64,000 nt of DNA, from IMG/VR virus record IMGVR_UViG_3300035696_002359; one strand, written 5' to 3'. Below are positions 39,401 through 48,459 of this stretch, in pieces (the first letter of the stretch is position 1; every line of letters begins with the position of its first letter). The notes under the pieces are model-generated. The model saw nothing but the letters and a program-made list of their open reading frames with translations. It was not told the origin of the DNA and did no database searches. Made by a program: the position numbers and the translations under genes. The stretch is from an uncultured virus (IMG/VR IMGVR_UViG_3300035696_002359) (lineage: Duplodnaviria; Heunggongvirae; Uroviricota; Caudoviricetes).

Positions 39401-42050
39401 CCGCCAAGTGCCAGACGCAGACAGCGACAATCCTTGGGAAGCCCACCCTATCTTTCTGGCCTCTAGCCATTTGGCAAAACGCCGCGAACGCCAAGCTCAA
39501 CTGTTTGAAGCCCAGGATTGGGATCTGGTGGTCGTGGATGAGGCACACCATGCCCGGCGCAAGGATTTTTTGAACAAGGAACAGTTTCGCCCTAACCGGT
39601 TGCTGGAGTTGCTGCTTGGCACGGAGGGCCGGCCGGGGCTGGCGAGTAAGACTCGTGGCCTGCTGTTGCTGACCGCCACACCTATGCAGTTGGACCCGGT
39701 GGAAGTTTTCGACCTGCTGAAGCTCTTGGGCATGGGAGGCCGCTGGGGCGTCGAGGGCAATTTCCTGCGATATTTCGAGGAGTTGCGGCGGCCCTTTGAA
39801 GACATTGACTGGCCGTTCATCCTTGGGATGCTCGACGACCATTTCACGACCGGCGGCCAATGGGACGAGGCTTTCTGCCGCGTGGCCGAGGGGCGCGTTG
39901 GTCCGGTGGCCTGGGATCAGATTCGCCGGCTGCCTAGCTCGCGCAACGCCGAGAGCGTCATTCGGCAGCTCGACGGCGCTGCCCAAGGAGCGCTCCGGCA
40001 ACTCGCCGGCCGGCACACGCCGCTGCGGAGACATATCTTCCGCAACACCCGTCCGTTGTTGCGAAAGTACCGTGAGCAAGGACTGCTCAAGGAGAATATC
40101 CCAGAACGCCGGCCCAAGCCGGAATGGATTCCCATGACCGACGAGGAGGACACACTGTATAGGCGGATCGAGGAGTACATCCGCGATCACTACCAGAAAT
40201 ACGAGGCGGAGCGCAGAGGTCTGGGCTTCATTATGACGGTCTACCGCCGGCGGCTGACCAGCAGTTTCTACGCGATCCAGCAGAGCCTCCAACGCCGGCT
40301 GGATTATCTGAAGGGGGCAGCCAAGGGATGGCTCACTGACGACGACCTTGACCAGGAAGACCTGGAGACCGACGTGACTGAGACGCTGCTCTTCGACGAG
40401 GACGAGGAGCGGCCACCCGAGGAAGTGCCGTCCTTATTCCTGGGCGAGGTCAACTTCGTCACGGACTTCCTGGCCGACCTGCGGGCGTTGGGGACCGACA
40501 GCAAGTTTGAGCAGCTCGCCAAGGATCTGAATGAGTTGCTGATGCGACGCGACTCCGTCATCATCTTCACGCAGTATACCGATACGATGGACTACCTCCG
40601 CGACAAACTCCGACACGTCTACGGAGCACAGGTCGCTTGCTACAGCGGCCAGGGCGGGGAACGGTGGGACGGCAAGGTATGGGTTGGCACCAGTAAGGAA
40701 AACATCAAGACGGCCTTCCGTGAACGGCAGGACATCAAGATACTCCTCTGCACCGAGTCAGCCTCCGAGGGCCTCAACCTTCAGACTTGCGGCGTACTGA
40801 TTAACTTCGACTTGCCCTGGAATCCCATGAGAGTCGAGCAACGGATCGGCCGTATCGACCGAATTGGACAGGTTTACCCCGATGTTTGGATTCGCAACTA
40901 TTTCTACGAAGGCACGGTAGAGGCCATCGTCTACCAGCGACTCGACGAGCGGATCGCATCGTTTGAGAACGTTGTGGGCCAGTTGCAGCCAATCCTCAGC
41001 CAAGTCGCTCGGGTGATCGAGGCGGCGGCGATGGCTAACGACACGCGCCGTGGGGAGTTGATCGCCAAGGAGATCGAGGAGATCAATCGCCGGGTCCAGG
41101 AGGAGGAAATCTCGGCCCTGAACGTGGATAAGTTCGTGGACGACACCGTAGAGGCTGTGGCCGAGGAACCGGCACCGGTAACGTTGGCTGAATTGGAGCG
41201 CGCCATCGTGGAGTCGGCCGCGCTGCGAGATCGCTTTGAGCCGCACCCCGAAATTGCCGGGGCTCACCTGCTGGACTGGCACGGCGCCTACCAGGCCGTG
41301 ACTTTCAACCCTGAGGTGTTTGACGAGTATCCCAACACGCTGCGACTGCTGACCTACGGCGGTGGCCTGTTAGAAGAGGTTCTCCAGACGCTGGAACCGC
41401 CTGTAGACGGCGCGACTAGCGCCGAGGTTATCCGCTGTGCCCACGCCACGCCCTGGCCGCTGGTGGGATTCTACGAAGCTGCCGACGGTCAGGCGATCCG
41501 ATCTCTGGGCGAGTTACGGATCATCCTCGATAAGGGCGCAATAGTCGAGTTGAAGGACGAGCAGCGTCAATGCCTCGTTGCTCAGTTTAACGATACCGCC
41601 GGCAAGCTTATGTCTCGGGAGACCAACGCAGCCGACTCACGGCGTAAGGCTCACATCTCATCGCTGACCGAGGAGATTCGCCAGCTCCTGACACAAGCGG
41701 CCTACATTGAGCTTGCCCAGGCTACCAACAAGGATCTGTTTGATGAGGACGACCTACCAGTGGACTTCTCCGAGCACGCCTACGAGCGGCTCAAGCGGCA
41801 CAAGTACCCATTCTCCGGCGCCTTAAAGCAGGTCGGTGATCGCCTGCCTCGGCCCCGACCCCAGGATCCATTCTTTCTGAAGATGAACGCCGCCAAGCGG
41901 GACGTACTCACCCGTCGCTTCGAGGCGATCCGCACCAAGCTCGGCGAACGGCTGCATCAGTTGATGGCGGCGAAGCAGGCCGGCGTGCCTGGTGAAGACG
42001 GCAGCATGTCATTGGGGGTTACGCCGACCATCGAGTGCTTCACGGCGTAA
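36474..42050 (+). CDS. DUF1156 adenine methyltransferase fused in frame to a SNF2-family helicase
   Basis: LHVWWARRPL, DPMSGGGSIP, VDPPYYDN; then CDEVGLGKTIEAG, VVDEAHH, LLLTATPMQ, IIFTQY, ESASEGLNLQ, DLPWNPMRVEQRIGRIDRIGQ. Confidence 0.88.
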   Translation: MMATKKDRPKVLIEQWLPIAAVGAESLRDASAAKKPPLNRLHVWWARRPLTVSRAAILASLLPAYPTDNNNGVRPWPAKFCKRFPTFDNYKAWFLRLIGINGDPVAGRKLIEWANKNGKKLPGNPYGYPRAFTVSPSEEHLEILYDLLEWTWDTRDITFCDPMSGGGSIPFEALRYGLTVHANELNPVASVVLRATLDYPARFGPSLADDIRKYGRIWCEEVRRKVEPFYPLSEPNENIFAYVWARTVACPVTGKQVPLSPNWWLRKGSAPIAIMVIADPKAERCRFEIVHGRMACMKVKPDQGTIKRGTGISPWTGETIDGDYIKAEAKAGRMGEQLYAVGTKKSAETTFRAPTVEDECAYERAVKEMQIRRPAWEVAGLVPTEPRREGRADWACEIYGATQWCDTYTSRQLLSMITFVECLQATIDQAMKELGGDRADAVRVYLSVAIDKAADYNSRQIRWDGTREKIVNAFARHDLSMRWSFAEFDASRNLGPWVLDMVANACKEITALLTPLPESLFGPSGTPPVERLRFTNGVAQSLNSINTGTVKCITVDPPYYDNVNYAECSNYFYVWMKRTLGKTFPHLFAAELANADDEAVMNVARFKDMGQKAKSLAIADYENKMLACFQEMYRILSEDGVLTVMFTHKQVEAWDTLGSSLIRAGFRIDASWPVHTENDKAITVAKKNSAVSTILLACRKREQSTDPIWWDDLKSRVRETARAKAAEFETQGIKGVDLYISTFGPVLSIISENWPVLTSETDPKTGDPLPLRPGEALDLARQEVVDLRKKGLLLGRSVEFDPVTDWYLMAWDAFKAQQFPADEARKLALALGLDLEKDLVKDKRLVTKKSASVVLTLPTDRRKKNMVDPDATSFPHVIDALHTAMMIYDEEGSNACQVFVDRQRFPERFMLCDEVGLGKTIEAGMAIRQLVVSGVVKRVLILVPKSVLVQWQEELYEKFALNIPQYDGNDFHDVFGRQVPDADSDNPWEAHPIFLASSHLAKRRERQAQLFEAQDWDLVVVDEAHHARRKDFLNKEQFRPNRLLELLLGTEGRPGLASKTRGLLLLTATPMQLDPVEVFDLLKLLGMGGRWGVEGNFLRYFEELRRPFEDIDWPFILGMLDDHFTTGGQWDEAFCRVAEGRVGPVAWDQIRRLPSSRNAESVIRQLDGAAQGALRQLAGRHTPLRRHIFRNTRPLLRKYREQGLLKENIPERRPKPEWIPMTDEEDTLYRRIEEYIRDHYQKYEAERRGLGFIMTVYRRRLTSSFYAIQQSLQRRLDYLKGAAKGWLTDDDLDQEDLETDVTETLLFDEDEERPPEEVPSLFLGEVNFVTDFLADLRALGTDSKFEQLAKDLNELLMRRDSVIIFTQYTDTMDYLRDKLRHVYGAQVACYSGQGGERWDGKVWVGTSKENIKTAFRERQDIKILLCTESASEGLNLQTCGVLINFDLPWNPMRVEQRIGRIDRIGQVYPDVWIRNYFYEGTVEAIVYQRLDERIASFENVVGQLQPILSQVARVIEAAAMANDTRRGELIAKEIEEINRRVQEEEISALNVDKFVDDTVEAVAEEPAPVTLAELERAIVESAALRDRFEPHPEIAGAHLLDWHGAYQAVTFNPEVFDEYPNTLRLLTYGGGLLEEVLQTLEPPVDGATSAEVIRCAHATPWPLVGFYEAADGQAIRSLGELRIILDKGAIVELKDEQRQCLVAQFNDTAGKLMSRETNAADSRRKAHISSLTEEIRQLLTQAAYIELAQATNKDLFDEDDLPVDFSEHAYERLKRHKYPFSGALKQVGDRLPRPRPQDPFFLKMNAAKRDVLTRRFEAIRTKLGERLHQLMAAKQAGVPGEDGSMSLGVTPTIECFTA

Positions 42051-42178
42051 CAGAACAGTCGTTTGCGTGCGACGCAAATCGATTCTCAGGTCAGCACGGT
42101 TGCTTTTCCAGGAAGAGCCGCGCCGTCCCTGCCTCGTGGATTGACACGCCTCCTCAAAGTCAAAAGTCCTATGTGTGG

Positions 42179-42985
42179 TCAGTCGAGAGGATCGTCGATC
42201 CAAAGAAGTGTAATCGTCCTGTCATAATAATCGAGATATCGGCTGTCTTCCTTGATATCAACATCCCGTTTGTACTCAAATCCTTCGAGCCATGCGTAGG
42301 CCGGAGAGCGGACCATCTGACCGACGTCGGGCGCCTTATTGGCCAGGCGTTCCCCTGCGGCGGAGTGCTCATGAATGTCTCCAAATCTGATTTGAGGCCA
42401 GCCCGCCTTGAACGGTCGGAAGAATCGCATGTCCCAGCCTTCGCTCAATACGACAGCGACGGGCTCGTTCGTGTATTCCCAGTACTGAAAGACTGTCGCT
42501 ATCACGCTAGTCCGAAATTCTTCCGCGAGCGAATCCATCAGCTTCATGCTCGGAGGATTGCCGGAGAATCGCGGCCGAAGCAGAAACTCAGGCATGAGTA
42601 GCTCAGCTGCAAATGCGTTGGCCTCCGCTTCCTCGGACGAATCATTCCAAACGGTGAAACTCGCTTTTGAATCTGTTCTATCAATCATGGCTCCTTGATG
42701 TAAAAGCCAGTGACCGATTTCGTGCGCGATCGTAAATCGACGGCGCCCAGCGTGAGAACTTCGCACGACGCGTATCACACCACCTCGTGTTGTCGTAGCG
42801 ACCAACCGGCCTTCCGCGCAGTCAAGTCCTCCCTCCTTCACAATGAGCCGTCCGACGTGCCACGCAATCGTTTCAACTTCAATCGCGTCCGGATGTTCAA
42901 CGTGGAAACGCTCCAAGAGTTCTCTTGCCGCTCTGCGAGCGGCTTCAACTCGCACATTCAGAAGTATGCGTTTGTCACTCTTCAT
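42179..42985 (-). CDS. ImmA/IrrE-family Zn metallopeptidase
   Basis: RRRFTIAHEIGH, EAEANAFAAELLMP. Confidence 0.92.
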   Translation of the reverse strand: MKSDKRILLNVRVEAARRAARELLERFHVEHPDAIEVETIAWHVGRLIVKEGGLDCAEGRLVATTTRGGVIRVVRSSHAGRRRFTIAHEIGHWLLHQGAMIDRTDSKASFTVWNDSSEEAEANAFAAELLMPEFLLRPRFSGNPPSMKLMDSLAEEFRTSVIATVFQYWEYTNEPVAVVLSEGWDMRFFRPFKAGWPQIRFGDIHEHSAAGERLANKAPDVGQMVRSPAYAWLEGFEYKRDVDIKEDSRYLDYYDRTITLLWIDDPLD

Positions 42986-43397
42986 CGGACGAACTGCCCA
43001 AGATATCGCCGATATCCTCAAGCCACGACCGAAGTTCTTCATCCGATAGCAACGATGTATCCTTGTTTCGGCATCGCGCTAGGGCAGCCTGCTGATACTG
43101 AGGACCATATGAACCATCTTGAAGTTGCGCAAATATCGACAACATCGCGTCTCGTGACATCGTTGCCAATTGAGGGAGAAGGCCTGGTTGGACACGTATT
43201 CTATCCTGTTCGCTCCGAGCAGCGGCGCGTAGTTGTTCGCTGTAACTGGTTTGGACGATCTTCTTAATGCGACTGAAGAACTGGGCCGTATCGAGTCCTT
43301 GTGACCGCAGTTCCGCGATCGTCTCCGCTTTTGTCTGCTCCTCATTCGATGCGAGAAAGTCCTCAAGATCCTCAAGCCGCTTGCCTTTGTAATTCAT
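42975..43397 (-). CDS. Hypothetical helical protein (candidate anti-sigma or peptidase substrate)
   Basis: Overlaps both the sigma-like and IrrE genes; function inferred from position only. Confidence 0.6.
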   Translation of the reverse strand: MNYKGKRLEDLEDFLASNEEQTKAETIAELRSQGLDTAQFFSRIKKIVQTSYSEQLRAAARSEQDRIRVQPGLLPQLATMSRDAMLSIFAQLQDGSYGPQYQQAALARCRNKDTSLLSDEELRSWLEDIGDILGSSSDEE

Positions 43398-43969
43398 GAT
43401 GCATGCCCTTCGTGTTGGAGCCTATGGGCAATGCTTGGGTAAATCCCGCGCAGTTCGCGGGTCAACTGGTATACACGATTGATCGACAACGAAGTCTCCT
43501 TAGAAATCTCATCAGCAGTCGACGCGCCGCACGACAACGCCATCACAACAAGTTCCAAGTCCGAATGATCCATAACTTTCGGATGAGCCAACAGCAGATC
43601 GATTGCTCGCGCGAACTCGTCGTGGGTATCCACTTGATTCACGCCGTCGTCGGGAATCGCCTCGGCATCTTCCAGAACAATCTCTTGCCGTAGTTGCTCA
43701 TCGGAGCTTTTTGCCAGGTTCCAGAGTTTGCTGCGAACGATACCTTTTAACTGAACCGTCAGTGGCACCTTCGCATTGATCCTCGACGGGACCGCCCAAA
43801 TATCCTGGATTGCTTCAGCTACTACATCTTCGAGCGATGTTCCATTGGGTAGGACGCTATTCGCTTTCCATCCATACCGTCCCGCAAACACCGAAGCTGC
43901 CGCGAGAGTCTTAGCGGCGATATCCTCCCAATCTAGGGAGCGAAGGAAGGTTAGGTACTGTTCATCCAT
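43394..43969 (-). CDS. ECF/sigma-70-like factor (divergent)
   Basis: EDVVAEAI and LKGIVRSKLWNL (region 2-like); TADEISKETSLSINRVYQLTREL (region 4 HTH). Confidence 0.6.
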   Translation of the reverse strand: MDEQYLTFLRSLDWEDIAAKTLAAASVFAGRYGWKANSVLPNGTSLEDVVAEAIQDIWAVPSRINAKVPLTVQLKGIVRSKLWNLAKSSDEQLRQEIVLEDAEAIPDDGVNQVDTHDEFARAIDLLLAHPKVMDHSDLELVVMALSCGASTADEISKETSLSINRVYQLTRELRGIYPSIAHRLQHEGHAS

Positions 43970-44214
43970 CTTGAACCTCATGCCCTCCAACAGCTTAGGC
44001 TGACCAGACGATCCCCTTTCGTGCAAGAAGTTCTTGGAATTTTCCCCAATAGCTCCCTGCTCGTCAGCCTCGGCAGATGAGAGGTGATCCGCAGAAACCG
44101 CGACCCCACTCATAGGGAGTGCTAATTAGACATGTTACTATCTTCAATAGCGACAGGATAGTCCCCCCGGTGTGGGTGTTTGCTGGCCAAAGAATTCCAT
44201 AAGGAGACATCACC

Positions 44215-44658
44215 ATGCATGAACGAATTGAGTACACGGTGAACGATAAGCCTCAGTTTACCGATGTGACCGAGATGACCGTCACTGAGATTCTAGAGAA
44301 GGCGGGCGGCAGCCCGGATTTGTCCTATTTGGTTGAGATTGAGGATGAGCGGCGAGTCTCGTATCACGATCGCCCCCACCACATCATCAAGATGCGCAAC
44401 GGCTTGGTCTTCGAGATCAGCCACCACACGTTCCACATCAAGGTGGACGGCGAAGTAGAAGTGTCGCGAGATGCGACGTTGACACCACGCGAGATTATGA
44501 AGCGGGCTGACGTAGACCCAGATCGGCACTACCTGAAGGCGCTAAAGATGGATGGCCATCCGGAAGTGTCGTATCGTGACCGCCCCGATGAACCCATTCA
44601 CTTGCGTCAGAGCCAGGAGTTCGCCACGGTGGCGATGACTCCCACGCCCGTTTCCTGA
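44215..44658 (+). CDS. Multi-ubiquitin (two beta-grasp repeats) Ubl protein
   Basis: Internal repeat YTVND..MTVTEILEKAG..YLVEI..VSYHDRP / IKVDG..LTPREIMKRAD..YLKAL..VSYRDRP; AAGGAG RBS. Confidence 0.75.
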   Translation: MHERIEYTVNDKPQFTDVTEMTVTEILEKAGGSPDLSYLVEIEDERRVSYHDRPHHIIKMRNGLVFEISHHTFHIKVDGEVEVSRDATLTPREIMKRADVDPDRHYLKALKMDGHPEVSYRDRPDEPIHLRQSQEFATVAMTPTPVS

Positions 44659-44670
44659 TGGAGGGTCGGT

Positions 44671-45030
44671 ATGTCTCAGCAAGACTTCATTGGTGAATTG
44701 AAGGCCCTCGGCCACGGCGTTCAGATCAAGGACGGCAACCTGATCACGTTTCCGTACGTCGTTCCACTCGGGCGATTCCAAGGCCAGGCGATTACGCTCG
44801 GTTTCGCAGTGCCTGGTGACTATCCGCTATCATGCCCCTCCGGCCCCCACATAACGCCGCGACTGCTGCCGATGAACGACGGTGGTGAACACCCACACGG
44901 AAAGATTCTTGGCAGCGACCAGTTCGGTGGTGATTGGCAGTATTGGAGCCGCCCCTTCTTGGAGTGGAGCAAGACGAAGAGGAATGCGAAAGAATACATG
45001 GCGTACATTCGTCTCCTGTTCGATCAATGA
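44671..45030 (+). CDS. Prokaryotic E2/UBC-like protein
   Basis: YVVPLG..ITLGFAVPGDYPLSCP..WQYWSRP; sits between the Ubl and E1 genes. Confidence 0.7.
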   Translation: MSQQDFIGELKALGHGVQIKDGNLITFPYVVPLGRFQGQAITLGFAVPGDYPLSCPSGPHITPRLLPMNDGGEHPHGKILGSDQFGGDWQYWSRPFLEWSKTKRNAKEYMAYIRLLFDQ

Positions 45031-46493
45031 GATACTCCGTCGCACTCACAACCGATGTTCAGCAACAAGCATGTGGGCACCTGATTCGACGAGATCGGCA
45101 GGAAGACCTCTGCTTCGGGCTTTGGTATCCGAGTCGCGGACGGTCTCGGTTCACGGCTCTGCTCTCGGGCCTGATCGTGCCGGAGCGGGGTGAACGAAGT
45201 GTCCACGGCAATGCAGTGTTCACCCCGGAGTATTTCGATCGCGCGATGGGACTCGCGCGGGAACACGGAGCGGGACTCGCCTTTCTACACAGCCATCTGG
45301 GCCCAGGATGGCAGGGGATGAGCAGCGACGATATTGTCGCTGAGGAAAGCCATGCAGCATCGACGTACGGCGCGACCGGGTTGCCCTTGGTCGGCATGAC
45401 GGTCGGAACTGACCGTGCCTGGAGCGCACGGATGTGGGAGCGGACGGGGCGGCGGCAATACGCCCGTCGATGGTGTGAGTCGGTGCGGGTTGCCGGCGAA
45501 TACCTTTCCGTGACTTACGATACCGATCTCGCACCTGTACCACACATTGGTTCCGAATTGGACCGGACGGTGTCGGCGTGGGGCGAGGCAAAGCAGGCTG
45601 ACATTGGTCGGTTGAAGGTGGGTGTAATCGGAGCGGGCAGCGTGGGGTGCATCGTTGCCGAGTCGCTCGCCCGTATGGGCTTCGGCTCAGTGCTCCTCTT
45701 GGACTTCGACGACGTCGAACGAGTCAATATGGATCGGTTGCTGCACGCGACACGATGGGATATCGGAAAGGCCAAGGTCAATGTTCTCGCTCGTGCACTG
45801 CGTAAAAGTGCGACTGCGAGCGGCTTCTCCGTCGAACCGATGGAGTATAGTGTTGCGGAGGAGGCAGGATACCGCGCAGCCCTCGACTGCGACATCCTTT
45901 TCAGTTGCGTTGATCGGCCGCTTGCCCGCCACGTTCTGAACTTCATCGCGTACGCGCACCTGATTCCGGTGGTTGACGGCGGCATTGCGATCAGAACTCG
46001 GACCGACGGCACGATGCGACACTGCGACATGCGCAGCCATATTGCAGCTCCTTCACGGCGGTGCCTGGAGTGCCTTGAACAGTATAACGCGGGGCTCGTC
46101 TCGGCAGAGCGGGACGGATTTCTTGACGATCCTAAGTACATCGAAGGACTGCCAGAGGACTCGGACATCCGGCGCCGCGAGAACGTGTTCGGCTTTAGCG
46201 CGATGACGGCCTCCCTCGAACTCATGCACATGTTGGCAATGGTTATTGTGCCTTGCGACATTGGGAATCACGGATCGCAGATTTATCACTTCAAAACGGG
46301 TGATCTAGACCGGGAACATGAGTCCGCGTGCGACACGACGTGTATCTTTCCGAGTCTTACGGCTCGTGGGGACGCAGCTAACGTGACGCTCACCGGCCCT
46401 CATCGTGCTGCCGAGCGGGCACGAGCCTCGCGTCGAGGCTGGCATGCCAAGATGCGATGGATGGGTCGAATGATCTTCATAAAGGCGCGATAA
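45027..46493 (+). CDS. JAB-like peptidase fused to ThiF/E1-like adenylyltransferase
   Basis: QEDLCF and HSHLGPGWQGMSSDD (JAMM-like); VIGAGSVG, DFDDVERVNMDR, KAKV, CVDRPLAR, CLEC. Confidence 0.88.
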   Translation: MRYSVALTTDVQQQACGHLIRRDRQEDLCFGLWYPSRGRSRFTALLSGLIVPERGERSVHGNAVFTPEYFDRAMGLAREHGAGLAFLHSHLGPGWQGMSSDDIVAEESHAASTYGATGLPLVGMTVGTDRAWSARMWERTGRRQYARRWCESVRVAGEYLSVTYDTDLAPVPHIGSELDRTVSAWGEAKQADIGRLKVGVIGAGSVGCIVAESLARMGFGSVLLLDFDDVERVNMDRLLHATRWDIGKAKVNVLARALRKSATASGFSVEPMEYSVAEEAGYRAALDCDILFSCVDRPLARHVLNFIAYAHLIPVVDGGIAIRTRTDGTMRHCDMRSHIAAPSRRCLECLEQYNAGLVSAERDGFLDDPKYIEGLPEDSDIRRRENVFGFSAMTASLELMHMLAMVIVPCDIGNHGSQIYHFKTGDLDREHESACDTTCIFPSLTARGDAANVTLTGPHRAAERARASRRGWHAKMRWMGRMIFIKAR

Positions 46494-47082
46494 ACCTCAC
46501 GTTCATGCGCTTTAGGTCGTTCACCTGCCACGTCTAACAGATGCCTGGGCATTCTCGCCGAAATGATCGGCGACAATCTTGTTCCCATTCGGAAAGCGTA
46601 AGATAAGCCTGCATAACTCGGTGCTAATGCTCATCCACCTTGGCTGGACGAGCACCAGCAGGCCAAGCAATTGTTCTTACCGGATCGGTTCTGGTTGCCT
46701 TGCTTTGTTGGTTCCATTGCCGCTCTAGCTATCTGTCCTTCGTTCGGAACGATGGTTTCCCATCGCGCGTCGGGTGCGCCGGGCCGACGCACGCATGGGC
46801 TCGTTCGCGCAGCGAAGACGAGTTGCCCTTCTGCTGGTGGGGTCTGGTCGTCTCTCGGCGCGTTTCATTCGCGCCCCATTTTCACGGGTTCTCGGGACTT
46901 TGATTGTGAGACGGCAATTCAGGACCGCCGCTCCCCGAAAACTGTTGGAATCACAGCGCCTGAAAGAAGATGTGGCATCAATCGAAGGGTTGTTGACACG
47001 CGGCGGCAATTCGTTAGGCTGGAGTAAGCGATAATTGAATCGCAAGCAGGATTGCGTGGTACGATGAAAGGACACATCGCAT

Positions 47083-48432
47083 ATGACGATGAATTGGACG
47101 AATCTGTCTGTCTTGAAGTTTGCCGGAGCTTCCGACCCTGTCGAATTAGTTCAGCAGGCAGCTCGCACGATGGCGCTAAATGCTGCCGAAAATGGCTGGT
47201 CTGGGCCGCCGTTTGACCCTTTTGAACTTGCCTCCATTTTGAATTATCGCGTAGTGCCTTCTCAAGGGGTTCGGGATGCAAGGCTCACCCCGGAAGGCAC
47301 GGGTTATCGCGTGGACTTCAATCCAAACCAATCGCTTAGACGGATCCGGTTTTCGATTGCTCATGAGTTGGCTCACACACTGTTTCCGGACTGCCGCGCA
47401 CAAGTTCGTCATCGCCTTCGGTCGGATGCAATGCGGGAAGATGAGTGGCAGCTTGAAATGCTCTGTAACATTGCGGCGGGTGAGCTTCTCATGCCGGCAG
47501 GCAACTTGGCGGTCGAGTCAATGGGAAGGCTTACCATCGACAATTTGCTTGAGTTCCAGAATAGATTCGGCGTTTCAATGGAAGCAATTCTCCTGCGGGT
47601 TGTTCGGCTCGAGCGTCGGCAATGTGCCGTATTTGTCGCGTCATGCTCTGAGGAGGGATGGGGCCTTGACTATGCGTTGGAAACAAAAGGGGCAGGGTTT
47701 GGACTCGGAAGCGGCTTACTGCTTCCGAAGAATACTCGTATTGCCAATTGTCGTGCCATTGGCTACACGGCGAAAGGTGAGGAAACATGGGTTGAGGATC
47801 AAGCGATTCATGTCGAGAGTGTTGCCATTCCCGGTTACTCAGGCCACAAACAGCCACGAGTTGCAGGAATTGTCTACCGGAAGGGAGACAGGGGGCAAAC
47901 AACTGCACGCATCACCTTTGTGATTGGTGACGCTACGAAGCCACACGGAGACGGCCACAAGGTCATTGCCCACATTGTAAACGATGCAGCGACGCGGTGG
48001 GGAGGTGCAGGCTTCGCAAAGGCCATTCGAAGGTGTTGGCCGGCCGCATATGATGAGTTTCACCATTGGGCTGAAACCTATCGTCGACAGTTGCGCCTCG
48101 GGCGCACACACGTTTCGCGTGTCGAGGATGCGATCACCATTTTTAGCATGATAGCTCAGCACGGCTACGGAGAGTCATCCCTTCCGCGAATTCGCTACCA
48201 GCACCTAAAAACGTGTCTCTCAGAACTTCGGGAGTTTGCGAGATCTAACGATGCGTCTGTCCATATACCTCGGATCGGCTGTGGGGAAGCAGGTGGGAAC
48301 TGGGAGATCGTTCAGGACTTGATTCTTGAGTGTCTTTCTGACCACGGTGTGTCGGTAACGGTGTACGACCTAAAGCCTCCATCCAAAGCGACATCCCGGC
48401 CAGCGCAACAATCCCTTTTTGCACACCACTGA
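47083..48432 (+). CDS. ImmA/IrrE metallopeptidase fused to a C-terminal macrodomain (ALC1/TARG1/SCO6735-like)
   Basis: RIRFSIAHELAH, EMLCNIAAGELLMP; then GDATKP, IAHIVND, WGGAGFAKAI, IAQHG, VHIPRIGCGEAGGNW, VTVYD. Confidence 0.88.
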   Translation: MTMNWTNLSVLKFAGASDPVELVQQAARTMALNAAENGWSGPPFDPFELASILNYRVVPSQGVRDARLTPEGTGYRVDFNPNQSLRRIRFSIAHELAHTLFPDCRAQVRHRLRSDAMREDEWQLEMLCNIAAGELLMPAGNLAVESMGRLTIDNLLEFQNRFGVSMEAILLRVVRLERRQCAVFVASCSEEGWGLDYALETKGAGFGLGSGLLLPKNTRIANCRAIGYTAKGEETWVEDQAIHVESVAIPGYSGHKQPRVAGIVYRKGDRGQTTARITFVIGDATKPHGDGHKVIAHIVNDAATRWGGAGFAKAIRRCWPAAYDEFHHWAETYRRQLRLGRTHVSRVEDAITIFSMIAQHGYGESSLPRIRYQHLKTCLSELREFARSNDASVHIPRIGCGEAGGNWEIVQDLILECLSDHGVSVTVYDLKPPSKATSRPAQQSLFAHH

Positions 48433-48459
48433 TCGATCGTGGGCGAAGTGAGGCAGCCA

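Noticed and set aside
38988..40292. 434-aa minus-strand ORF and similar long antisense ORFs (5823-6665, 51219-52040, 59623-60510, 61089-62060)
   Set aside because: Shadow frames of well-supported genes on the opposite strand in GC-rich DNA.
44215..46493. CBASS (Cap2/Cap3) or ThiS/MoaD sulfur-transfer operon
   Set aside because: No CD-NTase gene is present, the Ubl is a multi-ubiquitin type without a GG tail, and no thiamine or molybdopterin genes are nearby.
46500..47080. Short ORFs between the E1 gene and the IrrE-macro gene
   Set aside because: No motifs and conflicting frames; treated as intergenic.
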